From Patescibacteria group bacterium (lineage in GTDB: Bacteria; Patescibacteriota; Minisyncoccia; Phycocordibacterales; WO2-35-19), in assembly GCA_038064735.1 (NCBI GenBank), contig JBBTSI010000010.1, positions 1 to 63,131 on the forward strand: a stretch of DNA of 63,131 nt, read 5' to 3'. Below are positions 10,899-18,778 of the stretch, piece by piece. The notes under the pieces were generated by a model. It was not told the origin of the DNA. It saw only the letters and a list, made by a program, of their open reading frames with translations, and did not search any database. Both the position numbers and the translations under genes were made by a program. How positions within the stretch are numbered: position 1 is the stretch's first letter; each line of letters opens with the position of its first letter.

Positions 10899-12053
10899 TT
10901 ATTTCAAATACTTTTTATTTTTTATTTTGTCGGGCAAGAGAGATTCTTCGGTGTATTTCTCGTAATCTTTACCATAGTCTAATTCTTTCATTAGTTTGGT
11001 GACTGGGTTGCGGATGGAAAGTGGGACCGGCAAATTACCAAACTTTTTAACGTCAGACATCGCTTGCAGGTATGCATCATAAGCTCGTCTGTCCTTTTTT
11101 GCTTGGGCCAAATAAACCACACCATGTGCCAAATTTTCGGCACATTCGGGCAATCCTATAGTCTCCACTGCGCGGAAAACTGCATTAGCCACGACGAGCG
11201 CCGTTGGCTGAGCTAGGCCAATATCTTCACTGGCAAAAACTACCATCCGGCGAGCGATAAATTTCGGATCTTCGCCACTATCAATCATCCTACACATATA
11301 ATAAAGCGCTGCGTCAGGCTGGCTGGCACGCATGCTTTTGATGAAAGCGCTGATGATGTTGTAATGTTCCTCCCCTTTTTTGTCATAACGCAAAAATTTA
11401 GATTGCAGAGTTTGCTTCAAATTTTCTACATTTATTTTGTTATAAAGATTTAGTGTTGATTCAATCATCGCTATAGCTTGGCGACCGTCACCATTAGCCA
11501 TCGCTATAAGCCAATCTTTGGATTTTTTATCAATCTTAACTTTCAACTCTTTGATAGCTCGCTCAATGATAAGATTCATTTCTTTGCTAGAGAGTTCATT
11601 CATCACAAAAACTCGACAACGTGAAAGTAAGGGTGAGATAACTTCAAAACTCGGATTTTCGGTTGTAGCGCCAATGAGCGTCAGCTCACCTGACTCAACG
11701 AACGGCAAAAGAAAATCTTGCTGAGATTTGTTGAAGCGGTGAATTTCATCCAAAAATAAAACTTTAGGTTTTCTTGTTATACCCCCTTCTTTTCTACCTT
11801 CATCTATTATTTTTTTTATATCATCTTTGCCAGCCGAAACTGCTGAGAGTTCATAAAAGTCAGCGTTCAGAGCATTAGCATAAATACGAGCCAGTGTTGT
11901 CTTGCCGACTCCTGGAGGGCCCCAAAACACAAATGAAAAAAGGTGCTTCTTTTCAATAGCTACTCTAAGTGGCTTGTCTTTGCCAACCAAATGTTCTTGG
12001 CCTATGAAATCTTTGAGATTTTTGGGCCTTATTTTTGATGCTAGAGGTTCCAT
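10899..12053 (-). CDS. rarA: replication-associated recombination protein A (AAA+ ATPase)
   Basis: LASKIRPKNLKDFIGQEHL...WGPPGVGKTTLA...LFLDEIHRFNKSQQD, plus a MgsA C-terminal region. Confidence 0.88.
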   Translation of the reverse strand: MEPLASKIRPKNLKDFIGQEHLVGKDKPLRVAIEKKHLFSFVFWGPPGVGKTTLARIYANALNADFYELSAVSAGKDDIKKIIDEGRKEGGITRKPKVLFLDEIHRFNKSQQDFLLPFVESGELTLIGATTENPSFEVISPLLSRCRVFVMNELSSKEMNLIIERAIKELKVKIDKKSKDWLIAMANGDGRQAIAMIESTLNLYNKINVENLKQTLQSKFLRYDKKGEEHYNIISAFIKSMRASQPDAALYYMCRMIDSGEDPKFIARRMVVFASEDIGLAQPTALVVANAVFRAVETIGLPECAENLAHGVVYLAQAKKDRRAYDAYLQAMSDVKKFGNLPVPLSIRNPVTKLMKELDYGKDYEKYTEESLLPDKIKNKKYLK

Positions 12054-12133
12054 ACGCCATTATACTAACACTTATCGCTTAATTGGAAAATATCCCCTTT
12101 TTCTGCTATTTTAGTGATATTGTTTGATAATAT

Positions 12134-12207
12134 TGCGAGATCGTCTAATGGTAGGACAATCGCCTCTGAAGCGATTTATCTTGGTTCGAATCCAAGTCTC
12201 GCAGCCA
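12134..12207 (+). tRNA. tRNA-Gln (anticodon CUG), CCA encoded
   Basis: Manual fold: acceptor TGCGAGA/TCTCGCA (U1-A72 as in bacterial tRNA-Gln), anticodon arm ATCGC-CTCTGAA-GCGAT, T arm CTTGG-TTCGAAT-CCAAG, then GCCA. Confidence 0.85.
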
Positions 12208-12210
12208 AAA

Positions 12211-12795
12211 TTATATTTCGGGGTTATTTAATGCGAGAAAATTCATATCTTTATTTTTATTGAAAGTATCTAAAATTTTCTTGTCTCTGCCCATATAGAA
12301 AACTACGAGATTGCCCTTCACATATACATGCATCACGTCTTTCCATTTGTTTAATGAATTGTCCACCAAAAACCTTTTCACAAAAGTGTTTCCATTTTCC
12401 AAAGCAATGTCATGATCGGGATATTCAAAAACTTGGATATTATCGTCACCTATACCAACCAAAACTCCTTCCGCCGAAAAAGAGGTCCTTTTCATTTTCA
12501 TAATTAGATTGGGTTCAAAACCGATATTTTTGAGTTCTTTGGTGAATTGCTCTACTACTGGCCCCAAAGTCATATCTGTTGGGTGAGTTGTAATAGCTAA
12601 AGTATTGGCAGCCAAAGCATACGAACTAGTGTCTGAAAAAACAATATATTTAAAAAAAACTAGAGTAGTAGCCATTTCCAACACTACCCCAAAAATTAAA
12701 AACTTCATTAACCACTCTCTCTTGTTTGAGGGAGGATAATCCAGAGGCTTCACAAACCCCTGAAAAAGGTGGTTTTTTAATTCCATTATTGACAT
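12211..12795 (-). CDS. hypothetical membrane-anchored protein
   Basis: 194-aa ORF with one TM helix near residue 30; no motif recognised. Confidence 0.45.
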   Translation of the reverse strand: MSIMELKNHLFQGFVKPLDYPPSNKREWLMKFLIFGVVLEMATTLVFFKYIVFSDTSSYALAANTLAITTHPTDMTLGPVVEQFTKELKNIGFEPNLIMKMKRTSFSAEGVLVGIGDDNIQVFEYPDHDIALENGNTFVKRFLVDNSLNKWKDVMHVYVKGNLVVFYMGRDKKILDTFNKNKDMNFLALNNPEI

Positions 12796-12892
12796 GTTCG
12801 GGCATTAGATTCATCTGTGTACAATCATAGAGCCGAGGTGTGCCTCAATATGTTACAAAACCAAGTTATCCACAATCAACAAAAACCCAAAC

Positions 12893-12920
12893 TTGACAAA
12901 AGTTTAACAGGGTGTATAAT
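12893..12920 (+). promoter_or_regulatory. near-consensus sigma70 promoter
   Basis: TTGACA, 16 nt, TATAAT. Followed at 12930 by a strong SD (AAAGGAGGA) and a 6-codon mini-ORF (ATG at 12946, MLFDSS stop). Confidence 0.55.
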
Positions 12921-13034
12921 TAATAGCAGAAAGGAGGATCATAAAATGTTATTTGATTCCTCTTGAGTTCTCCGCAACAACGCTCTCGAAACCACGCTTA
13001 ACCACCTCAAAATAGCTTCTCGAAAGGAAACAAA

Positions 13035-13262
13035 ATGAATGGTCCATGTTGTAGTGAATGTGCAAGTTGTAAAGTGAAGTTTGCTTTCAGTGAAAAAAAT
13101 CTGGTGATGTTTTCAAACGGCAAATGCACCCACCCAGGGGATTGTGCCAAGAAGTATCAGATTGATCACTCTTATATCAAAGTTTTATCCAGCGACAACA
13201 AAGCCTACCAAGGCTCAGTTGCAGTCGGACAACAACTTCAGCCAGTCAACGCTCTTGGCTAA
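13035..13262 (+). CDS. Cys-rich small protein, unknown function
   Basis: 75-aa ORF (MNGPCCSECASCKV...) in a locally GC-richer segment between the promoter at 12893 and the terminator at 13345. Confidence 0.4.
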   Translation: MNGPCCSECASCKVKFAFSEKNLVMFSNGKCTHPGDCAKKYQIDHSYIKVLSSDNKAYQGSVAVGQQLQPVNALG

Positions 13263-13344
13263 GGCCAATGGCTTGAACAACCAAGTGTTTTGACTTGGCC
13301 AGCAACAAAGTTGAGGCGGCCTTTGTTCAAGCGCCTTGACCTAA

Positions 13345-13391
13345 GGGCGGACTAAAGTTAGTTTTTCTAACTCAAGTCCGCCCGATTTTTT
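13345..13391 (+). terminator. Rho-independent terminator
   Basis: Long hairpin GGGCGGACT...AGTTAG-ttttt-CTAACT...AGTCCGCCC followed by GATTTTTT. Confidence 0.75.
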
Positions 13392-13404
13392 ATATAAAAC
13401 TTTT

Positions 13405-15057
13405 TTAAATTTTCTTATTTTTCAGACATGCTTCAATGAAAGCCGAGAAAAGAGGGTGCGGATGGAGCGGTCTGGCTTTTAATTCAGGATGAAATTGAGT
13501 ACCGAGGAAAAATGGATGTACTTCTTTGGGAAGCTCGGCAATTTCCATAAGCCGGCCGTCAGGTGAAGTACCGGAAAAAATAAGACCAGCTTTTTCTATT
13601 TCAGTTACATATTCCGGATTAACCTCATATCTATGTCTATGTCTCTCACAAACATTTTCTGATTGATAAGCATTAGAAGCGATAGTCCCATTCTTGAGAT
13701 TGGCTGGATAAGCTCCAAGACGCATCGTAGCGCCGTATTTGTTTTCGGCCAAAAGCTTTTTTTGCTCCGGCATTATGTCTATAACCACATGACTTGAATT
13801 TGGATTAATTTCAGCAGTGTTAGCGTCAAGCCAACCAATCATATTTCTGGCATATTCAATAACTGCCAGTTGCATACCATAACAGAGACCAAGATAAGGG
13901 ATTTTATTTTTCCTAGCATACTCTATAGCCATAATCACACCCTCTATACCAGATTCACCAAAACCGCCCGGTACAATGACACCGTCGTAATTTTTTAACT
14001 CTGTTATTTTTCTGTTTCCGGTTTCGTATTCTTTAGAATTTATCCAAGTCAATTTGGTCTTGGCATCTTTCCAGATAGAAGAAAACTTGATGGCTTCAAT
14101 CACCGAAACATAAGCATCGGAGAGAACGAAGTCTCCAGTATCAAAATATTTGCCGATGACTGCGATTTGTAATTCTTTTTTGGCCCGGCTTCTTTTATGA
14201 ACGAAATCTTTCCATTCTTTCATACTGTTACCGTTGGTCCTTGAACGCAGATGGAAAATTTTCAAAATAATACTACTGATTTTATCTTTTTCAAAATTAA
14301 GCGGTACATCATAAACACTTTCTATATCTGGTGCCGAAATTACATTTTCTGGAGCGAGAGCGCAAGCCATGGCAATCTTCTCTTTGCGTTTAAAATCCAG
14401 CGCTTGAGTGCCACGAGCAATAACTATATCAGGTTGAACACCATAAGAGTTGAGTTGTCTGACTGCATTTTGAGTTGGGCGGGTTTTCATTTCGCCAAGC
14501 GAGCCCGGTACCGGCAAATAACTCACCATCACAAAAATGACATCTTGAGGATATTTTATTTTGAGAGTACGGGCGGCTTCAATAAACAAAGTATTTTGAT
14601 AATCGCCTACCGTACCACCAATTTCAATGAGCGAAATATCAGACTCGTGAGAATCGGCCGCTTTTTTAATGCGTCTCAAAATTTCATCTGTGATGTGCGG
14701 AATAGCTTCTACGCATTTGCCTTTGTAGCCCAGATTGCGTTCCTTTTCAATGACATACTTATAAATCATCCCAGAGGTCATATAATCCTCACTATTGAGA
14801 TCCATTTCCAAAAAGCGCTCATAGTTGCCCAAATCTTGATCGGTCTCCAGACCCGAATCAAGCACGAAAACTTCGCCGTGTTCAGTCGGATTCATATTAC
14901 CAGCATCCACATTTAAATAAGGATCAATCTTGATAGGATTGACCTTGAAACCTTTGCTTTGAAGAATCTTACCTATTGATGATGACGCAATTCCCTTTCC
15001 CACTCCAGACATAACACCACCTATTACAAAAATATATTTGTGATTCTTTTTTTTCAT
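13405..15057 (-). CDS. pyrG: CTP synthase
   Basis: 550 aa; KYIFVIGGVMSGVGKG...; glutamine amidotransferase part with GLCYGMQ and HRHRYEVN. Confidence 0.96.
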   Translation of the reverse strand: MKKKNHKYIFVIGGVMSGVGKGIASSSIGKILQSKGFKVNPIKIDPYLNVDAGNMNPTEHGEVFVLDSGLETDQDLGNYERFLEMDLNSEDYMTSGMIYKYVIEKERNLGYKGKCVEAIPHITDEILRRIKKAADSHESDISLIEIGGTVGDYQNTLFIEAARTLKIKYPQDVIFVMVSYLPVPGSLGEMKTRPTQNAVRQLNSYGVQPDIVIARGTQALDFKRKEKIAMACALAPENVISAPDIESVYDVPLNFEKDKISSIILKIFHLRSRTNGNSMKEWKDFVHKRSRAKKELQIAVIGKYFDTGDFVLSDAYVSVIEAIKFSSIWKDAKTKLTWINSKEYETGNRKITELKNYDGVIVPGGFGESGIEGVIMAIEYARKNKIPYLGLCYGMQLAVIEYARNMIGWLDANTAEINPNSSHVVIDIMPEQKKLLAENKYGATMRLGAYPANLKNGTIASNAYQSENVCERHRHRYEVNPEYVTEIEKAGLIFSGTSPDGRLMEIAELPKEVHPFFLGTQFHPELKARPLHPHPLFSAFIEACLKNKKI

Positions 15058-15165
15058 CCCGTTAGAAGTAGGAAATTATTTACTCTGACATTCTCTCCCC
15101 ACTAAAATTAAGCTATTAAAGTAATTTCTCATATTTTGATTTCCGTGACTTCTAACGGGATTCAT
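15053..15165 (-). mobile_element. MITE-like inverted-repeat element, copy E2, with ATGAA duplication
   Basis: On the gene strand: ATGAA-T-CCCGTTAGAAGT-cac-GGAAAT ... ATTTCC-t-ACTTCTAACGGG-ATGAA. The proximal ATG is the pyrG start. Both arms carry the same G/C change. Confidence 0.75.
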
Positions 15166-15178
15166 CCCACTCATAATA

Positions 15179-16117
15179 CTATAACTTCAAATACTTGCGA
15201 ACTGCGAGGAAACTCGAAACCGCGCCAATAGCGACACCAGAACCGACAACCACCAAAATAATTTCAAAGAAATTACTAAGATAATAATCAAAAATATTGA
15301 AACCAATGAAGAAGTTTTGAGTGAGGTTGCCAAGCCAATAAGAAATAGGAAAGAAAATAATCATAGTGATAATACCGGAAAGCAGGCCGACGATCACACC
15401 GGTGACCACGAAAGGTCCTTTGATATAATTTTTACTGGCGCCGACGAGCTGCATAACAGAAATCTCTTCGCGCGAAACATAAATAGTCAGGCGGATAGTG
15501 TTGAAAGTTATAACAATAGAAACCAGGGCTAAAGCCAAGCAGATGATAAGCCCCAGACTTTCAGCCGAATCTATAATACGAGAAAGTTTTTCTATCGCAG
15601 TGCGATTTTCAAAAAAGTTTATGCTGTCTATAATCTTGGTACCATCACTTGATAAAATATTATCTTCATTCAAAAAATTGGCGATACCTTCATATTGAGA
15701 CGGCTGTTTGGCTTTGATATTGAGTGAGGCTCCGAGCGGATTGTCTCCTAATTCTTCAAGTGCCTGCAAAACAGTCTGTTCATTTTCGTGCTTCAGTTTA
15801 AAATTTGCCAAAGCTTGATCACGGCTGGTGTATTCTACATTATTTACTTCGGGCAGTGCCTGTATCTTTTTTTGTAAAGCTAAAATATCGCTTTCAGCGG
15901 CATTGGTAACAAAATAAACATTGATATCAACTTTGTCGCGCAATTCGTTCATGGTGATATTGAGTACTGCACTCACGAAAATGACCGAGCCGATAACCGA
16001 GAGGGTGATGACCATTACCAAAATTGACGCGAGTGACACGAAACCGCTCCTCCAAAAATTGAAAAATCCCGCTTTGAATATTCTTTTAAATTTTGTTTTG
16101 AATGCTTGTTTTTCCAT
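15179..16117 (-). CDS. ftsX: cell-division ABC transporter permease FtsX
   Basis: 312 aa; one TM, a large extracytoplasmic domain, three C-terminal TMs; directly downstream of ftsE. Confidence 0.85.
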   Translation of the reverse strand: MEKQAFKTKFKRIFKAGFFNFWRSGFVSLASILVMVITLSVIGSVIFVSAVLNITMNELRDKVDINVYFVTNAAESDILALQKKIQALPEVNNVEYTSRDQALANFKLKHENEQTVLQALEELGDNPLGASLNIKAKQPSQYEGIANFLNEDNILSSDGTKIIDSINFFENRTAIEKLSRIIDSAESLGLIICLALALVSIVITFNTIRLTIYVSREEISVMQLVGASKNYIKGPFVVTGVIVGLLSGIITMIIFFPISYWLGNLTQNFFIGFNIFDYYLSNFFEIILVVVGSGVAIGAVSSFLAVRKYLKL

Positions 16118-16120
16118 TTT

Positions 16121-16804
16121 TTATAAAATATATTTTCCTGTCGGATCATCGCGGATTATTTTACCATCTTGCATAGTGATGACTCGCCTGCCTATCGAAT
16201 CTATCACGCCTTTATTGTGAGTAGTCAAGACGACGGTCGTACCAAGGTCATTTATTTTTTTGAAAATCTGCACAATATCGTAAGTGTTGACCGGGTCAAG
16301 GTTGCCCGTCGGCTCATCTGCAATTATTATATCAGGTTGATTGACTATTGCTCTGGCGATAGCCACCCGCTGTTTTTCCCCGCCAGAAAGCTCACTTGGA
16401 AAGTTCCAAATCTTACTGCCCAAATCTACAAGTTCTAGGACATGCGGAACATCAGACTCTATCTCTTCATCGGGGCGACCAGCAGCCTCCATAGCAAAAG
16501 CGATGTTTTCATAAACATTTTTGTTTGGCAAAAGTCTGAAATCTTGAAAAACAGCACCAATTTTCCTCCTGACGAAATTCATATCTTCGCCCGATAAAGT
16601 GTGAATATCAATATCATGCAACAAAATTTTGCCCTCAGTCGGTTTTTCTTCCGCGAGGAGCATTTTGAGCAAAGTGGTCTTGCCAGCCCCTGATGGGCCA
16701 ACGATTGAAACAAATTCGTTTGGATTTACAATAAAGGAAACCTTGTCTAAAGCGACATAGTCGTTATTATACTTTTTTGAAACATTATCAAAGACAATAG
16801 GCAT
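16121..16804 (-). CDS. ftsE: cell-division ATP-binding protein FtsE
   Basis: Walker A GPSGAGKTT, ABC signature LSGGEKQR, Walker B IIIADEPTGNLD. Confidence 0.9.
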   Translation of the reverse strand: MPIVFDNVSKKYNNDYVALDKVSFIVNPNEFVSIVGPSGAGKTTLLKMLLAEEKPTEGKILLHDIDIHTLSGEDMNFVRRKIGAVFQDFRLLPNKNVYENIAFAMEAAGRPDEEIESDVPHVLELVDLGSKIWNFPSELSGGEKQRVAIARAIVNQPDIIIADEPTGNLDPVNTYDIVQIFKKINDLGTTVVLTTHNKGVIDSIGRRVITMQDGKIIRDDPTGKYIL

Positions 16805-16832
16805 GTCTGTATTATAACTCTTCAGCTAACTT

Positions 16833-17744
16833 TTACAAACTTTTTTCAGCTTCGATGAAGATATCGAGGTTACCATCAGAGAGGACAGATTCAACATCGG
16901 AGGTTTCGGCGCCAGTACGATGGTCTTTAACCATTTTGTAAGGGTGGAGGACGTAAGAGCGGATTTGGTTGCCCCATTCTATCTCGGTAGTTTTAGAGAT
17001 ATACATTTCCTCTTCTTTGGAAATCCTTTTTTCTTCCAGAGCTTTGTAAATTTTGCCCTTAAGTATTGCCATAGCTTTTTCTTTGTTTTGAGCTTGGCTT
17101 CTCTCACCATCAGCCTGAGCAGAAAGGTTGGTGGGAATGTGTACGATACGTACCGCCGTCTCCCTTTTATTTACATTTTGACCACCGGGACCAGACGAGC
17201 GCGAAAGTTCTACTCTCAAATCATCATCTTTAATATCAATATCATTTTCATTTTGTTTTTCAAATTTGGGAATAATTTCTACCATACTAAAACTAGTATG
17301 TCTTTTGGCATTGGCATTAAAAGGAGAAATCCTAACAAGCCTATGCACTCCCGACTCGCTCTTAAGAACTCCGTAAGGTCCTTCTTTGCCCGCCGAAGCT
17401 TTATGCGAAGGATGGGTTATCTCTACTGTAATATTCCGATAACCGCCATTTGGATTTTGATTTTCGTGCAATATTTCATAACCCCAACCTTTATTTTCAA
17501 AATATTTAAAATACATCCGTAAAAGCATCGCCGAAAAATCTTCAGAGTCATCACCCCCAGCACCGGAAAAAATGGTCATAAGCGCATCACCCTTGTCATA
17601 TTGACCTACTCCTTCCAATTCATCTTTAAGCTTTTGAATTTCTTTGATAGTCGCTTGAGCTTTTTCTTTATCACTCCAAAAATCCGGCTGAACCATTTCC
17701 TCTTCAAGTTCCTTTATTTTTTGTTCAATTTCTTGTTTATCCAT
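16833..17744 (-). CDS. prfB: peptide chain release factor 2 (short form, no programmed frameshift)
   Basis: SPF tripeptide (RISPFNANAKRHTSF) and GGQ (SGPGGQNVNK). Only 303 aa, and a single uninterrupted ORF. Confidence 0.88.
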   Translation of the reverse strand: MDKQEIEQKIKELEEEMVQPDFWSDKEKAQATIKEIQKLKDELEGVGQYDKGDALMTIFSGAGGDDSEDFSAMLLRMYFKYFENKGWGYEILHENQNPNGGYRNITVEITHPSHKASAGKEGPYGVLKSESGVHRLVRISPFNANAKRHTSFSMVEIIPKFEKQNENDIDIKDDDLRVELSRSSGPGGQNVNKRETAVRIVHIPTNLSAQADGERSQAQNKEKAMAILKGKIYKALEEKRISKEEEMYISKTTEIEWGNQIRSYVLHPYKMVKDHRTGAETSDVESVLSDGNLDIFIEAEKSL

Positions 17745-17751
17745 AAATAAT

Positions 17752-17827
17752 TGGAGCCAATGGTCGGACTTGAACCGACTACCTACCCCTTACGAAGGGG
17801 TTGCTCTACCAGGTGAGCTACATTGGC
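17752..17827 (-). tRNA. tRNA-Thr (anticodon CGU), CCA encoded
   Basis: Manual fold of the reverse complement: GCCAATG-TA-GCTC-ACCTGGTA-GAGC-A-ACCCC-TTCGTAA-GGGGT-AGGTA-GTCGG-TTCAAGT-CCGAC-CATTGGC-TCCA. Confidence 0.88.
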
Positions 17828-17856
17828 GCTATAATATTTATAGCATTTTTCCAAAA

Positions 17857-18774
17857 TTAATCATCGTCATCATCATCGCCTCTTGAGTTATTAGGGAGAA
17901 CAGGATTTGGAGCTGTTATAGTAGGTGCAGCAGAATTTGTAGTAGAAGTATTGGTTATAACATTTTGATTTAAATCACCAATATAATAAGCGGTTAAATC
18001 TACATTAGCAGAAGAAGAGTGAGCGCCAGTACCTCCCCTACTAGCATAAGCAGCTGTAGCATCAGTACCACAAGTTGGTAATATCTGGTTAGCGCCACCT
18101 GGATGCTGTCTAATGTAATTGGTCACATCATAAATCTTGCCGGAAATTAAAAGCCAACAACTACTTGCGGAATTATGTTTGGTAAGTTCGGTAGATGTGA
18201 GAGCGAGAGTAGTTTGGGTAACTTGAGGAGTTGTGACCACAGGGTTAGTGACAGTGGGTTTAACAACAGGAGTAGTTTTAGGAACTGGTACAGTTTTGGT
18301 TTGAGTAGTGGTATTAGTCTGTACTGAAGTAGTGTTTTTATCAGAACTAATTTTCAAAACCTGATTTAAATTTCCGATAAAATAATCTGCCAGCATTGCA
18401 TTGGCCGAAGAAGAATGAGTGCCGGTGTTGTCACGATTACCATAAATAACTGTCGCATCAGTACCACAAGTTTTTAATATTTCCGCTTCGCCTCCTGGAT
18501 GACTATTTAGATATGCAGTCACATCATAAATTTTCCCGGAAATTAAAAGCCAACAACTACTTGCAGAATTATGTTTGGTAAGTTCAGAGGGAGTAAGAGA
18601 GAGCTCAGTAAGATTAGCTGAGACCCCAGTAATAGAACCTATTTGACCGGCAGTATCCCCTGTTTTTGTGATAGCTTGATTGCTTTTGTTTGAAGCAATC
18701 AATCCAGCCACAAACACACCTACAATGACTACCCAAAAAATGAAAAGAGAAGCTGTTATTAAATGTTTTTTCAT
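17857..18774 (-). CDS. membrane-anchored/secreted protein with two cytochrome b5-like heme-binding domains and a poly-Asp tail
   Basis: Two copies of ELTKHNSASSCWLLISGKIYDVT.Y...HPGG (b5 HPGG motif). N-terminal TM. ATG at 18774 is preferred over the track start at 18825, which overlaps the upstream gene. Confidence 0.75.
   Translation of the reverse strand: MKKHLITASLFIFWVVIVGVFVAGLIASNKSNQAITKTGDTAGQIGSITGVSANLTELSLTPSELTKHNSASSCWLLISGKIYDVTAYLNSHPGGEAEILKTCGTDATVIYGNRDNTGTHSSSANAMLADYFIGNLNQVLKISSDKNTTSVQTNTTTQTKTVPVPKTTPVVKPTVTNPVVTTPQVTQTTLALTSTELTKHNSASSCWLLISGKIYDVTNYIRQHPGGANQILPTCGTDATAAYASRGGTGAHSSSANVDLTAYYIGDLNQNVITNTSTTNSAAPTITAPNPVLPNNSRGDDDDDD
17967..18600 (-). repeat. internal tandem duplication (two b5-domain units of about 235 bp)
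   Basis: Stretches such as TCACATCATAAAT.TT.CCGGAAATTAAAAGCCAACAACTACTTGC.GAATTATGTTTGGTAAGTTC occur twice (near 18125 and 18520), about 85 percent identical by eye. Confidence 0.7.
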
Positions 18775-18778
18775 AAAA

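Noticed and set aside
12893-13391. tmRNA, RNase P RNA or SRP RNA in the GC-richer promoter-to-terminator unit
   Set aside because: It lacks the diagnostic sequences: no GGGG...tRNA-like 3' end with a TTCGA T-loop, no GAGGAAAGTCC, and no SRP domain IV motif. It is left as an unclassified small transcription unit.
16833-17850. Programmed +1 frameshift in prfB
   Set aside because: The ORF is continuous from an ATG at 17744, and a tRNA gene starts 8 nt upstream. There is no upstream short frame with a CUU UGA-type shift site.
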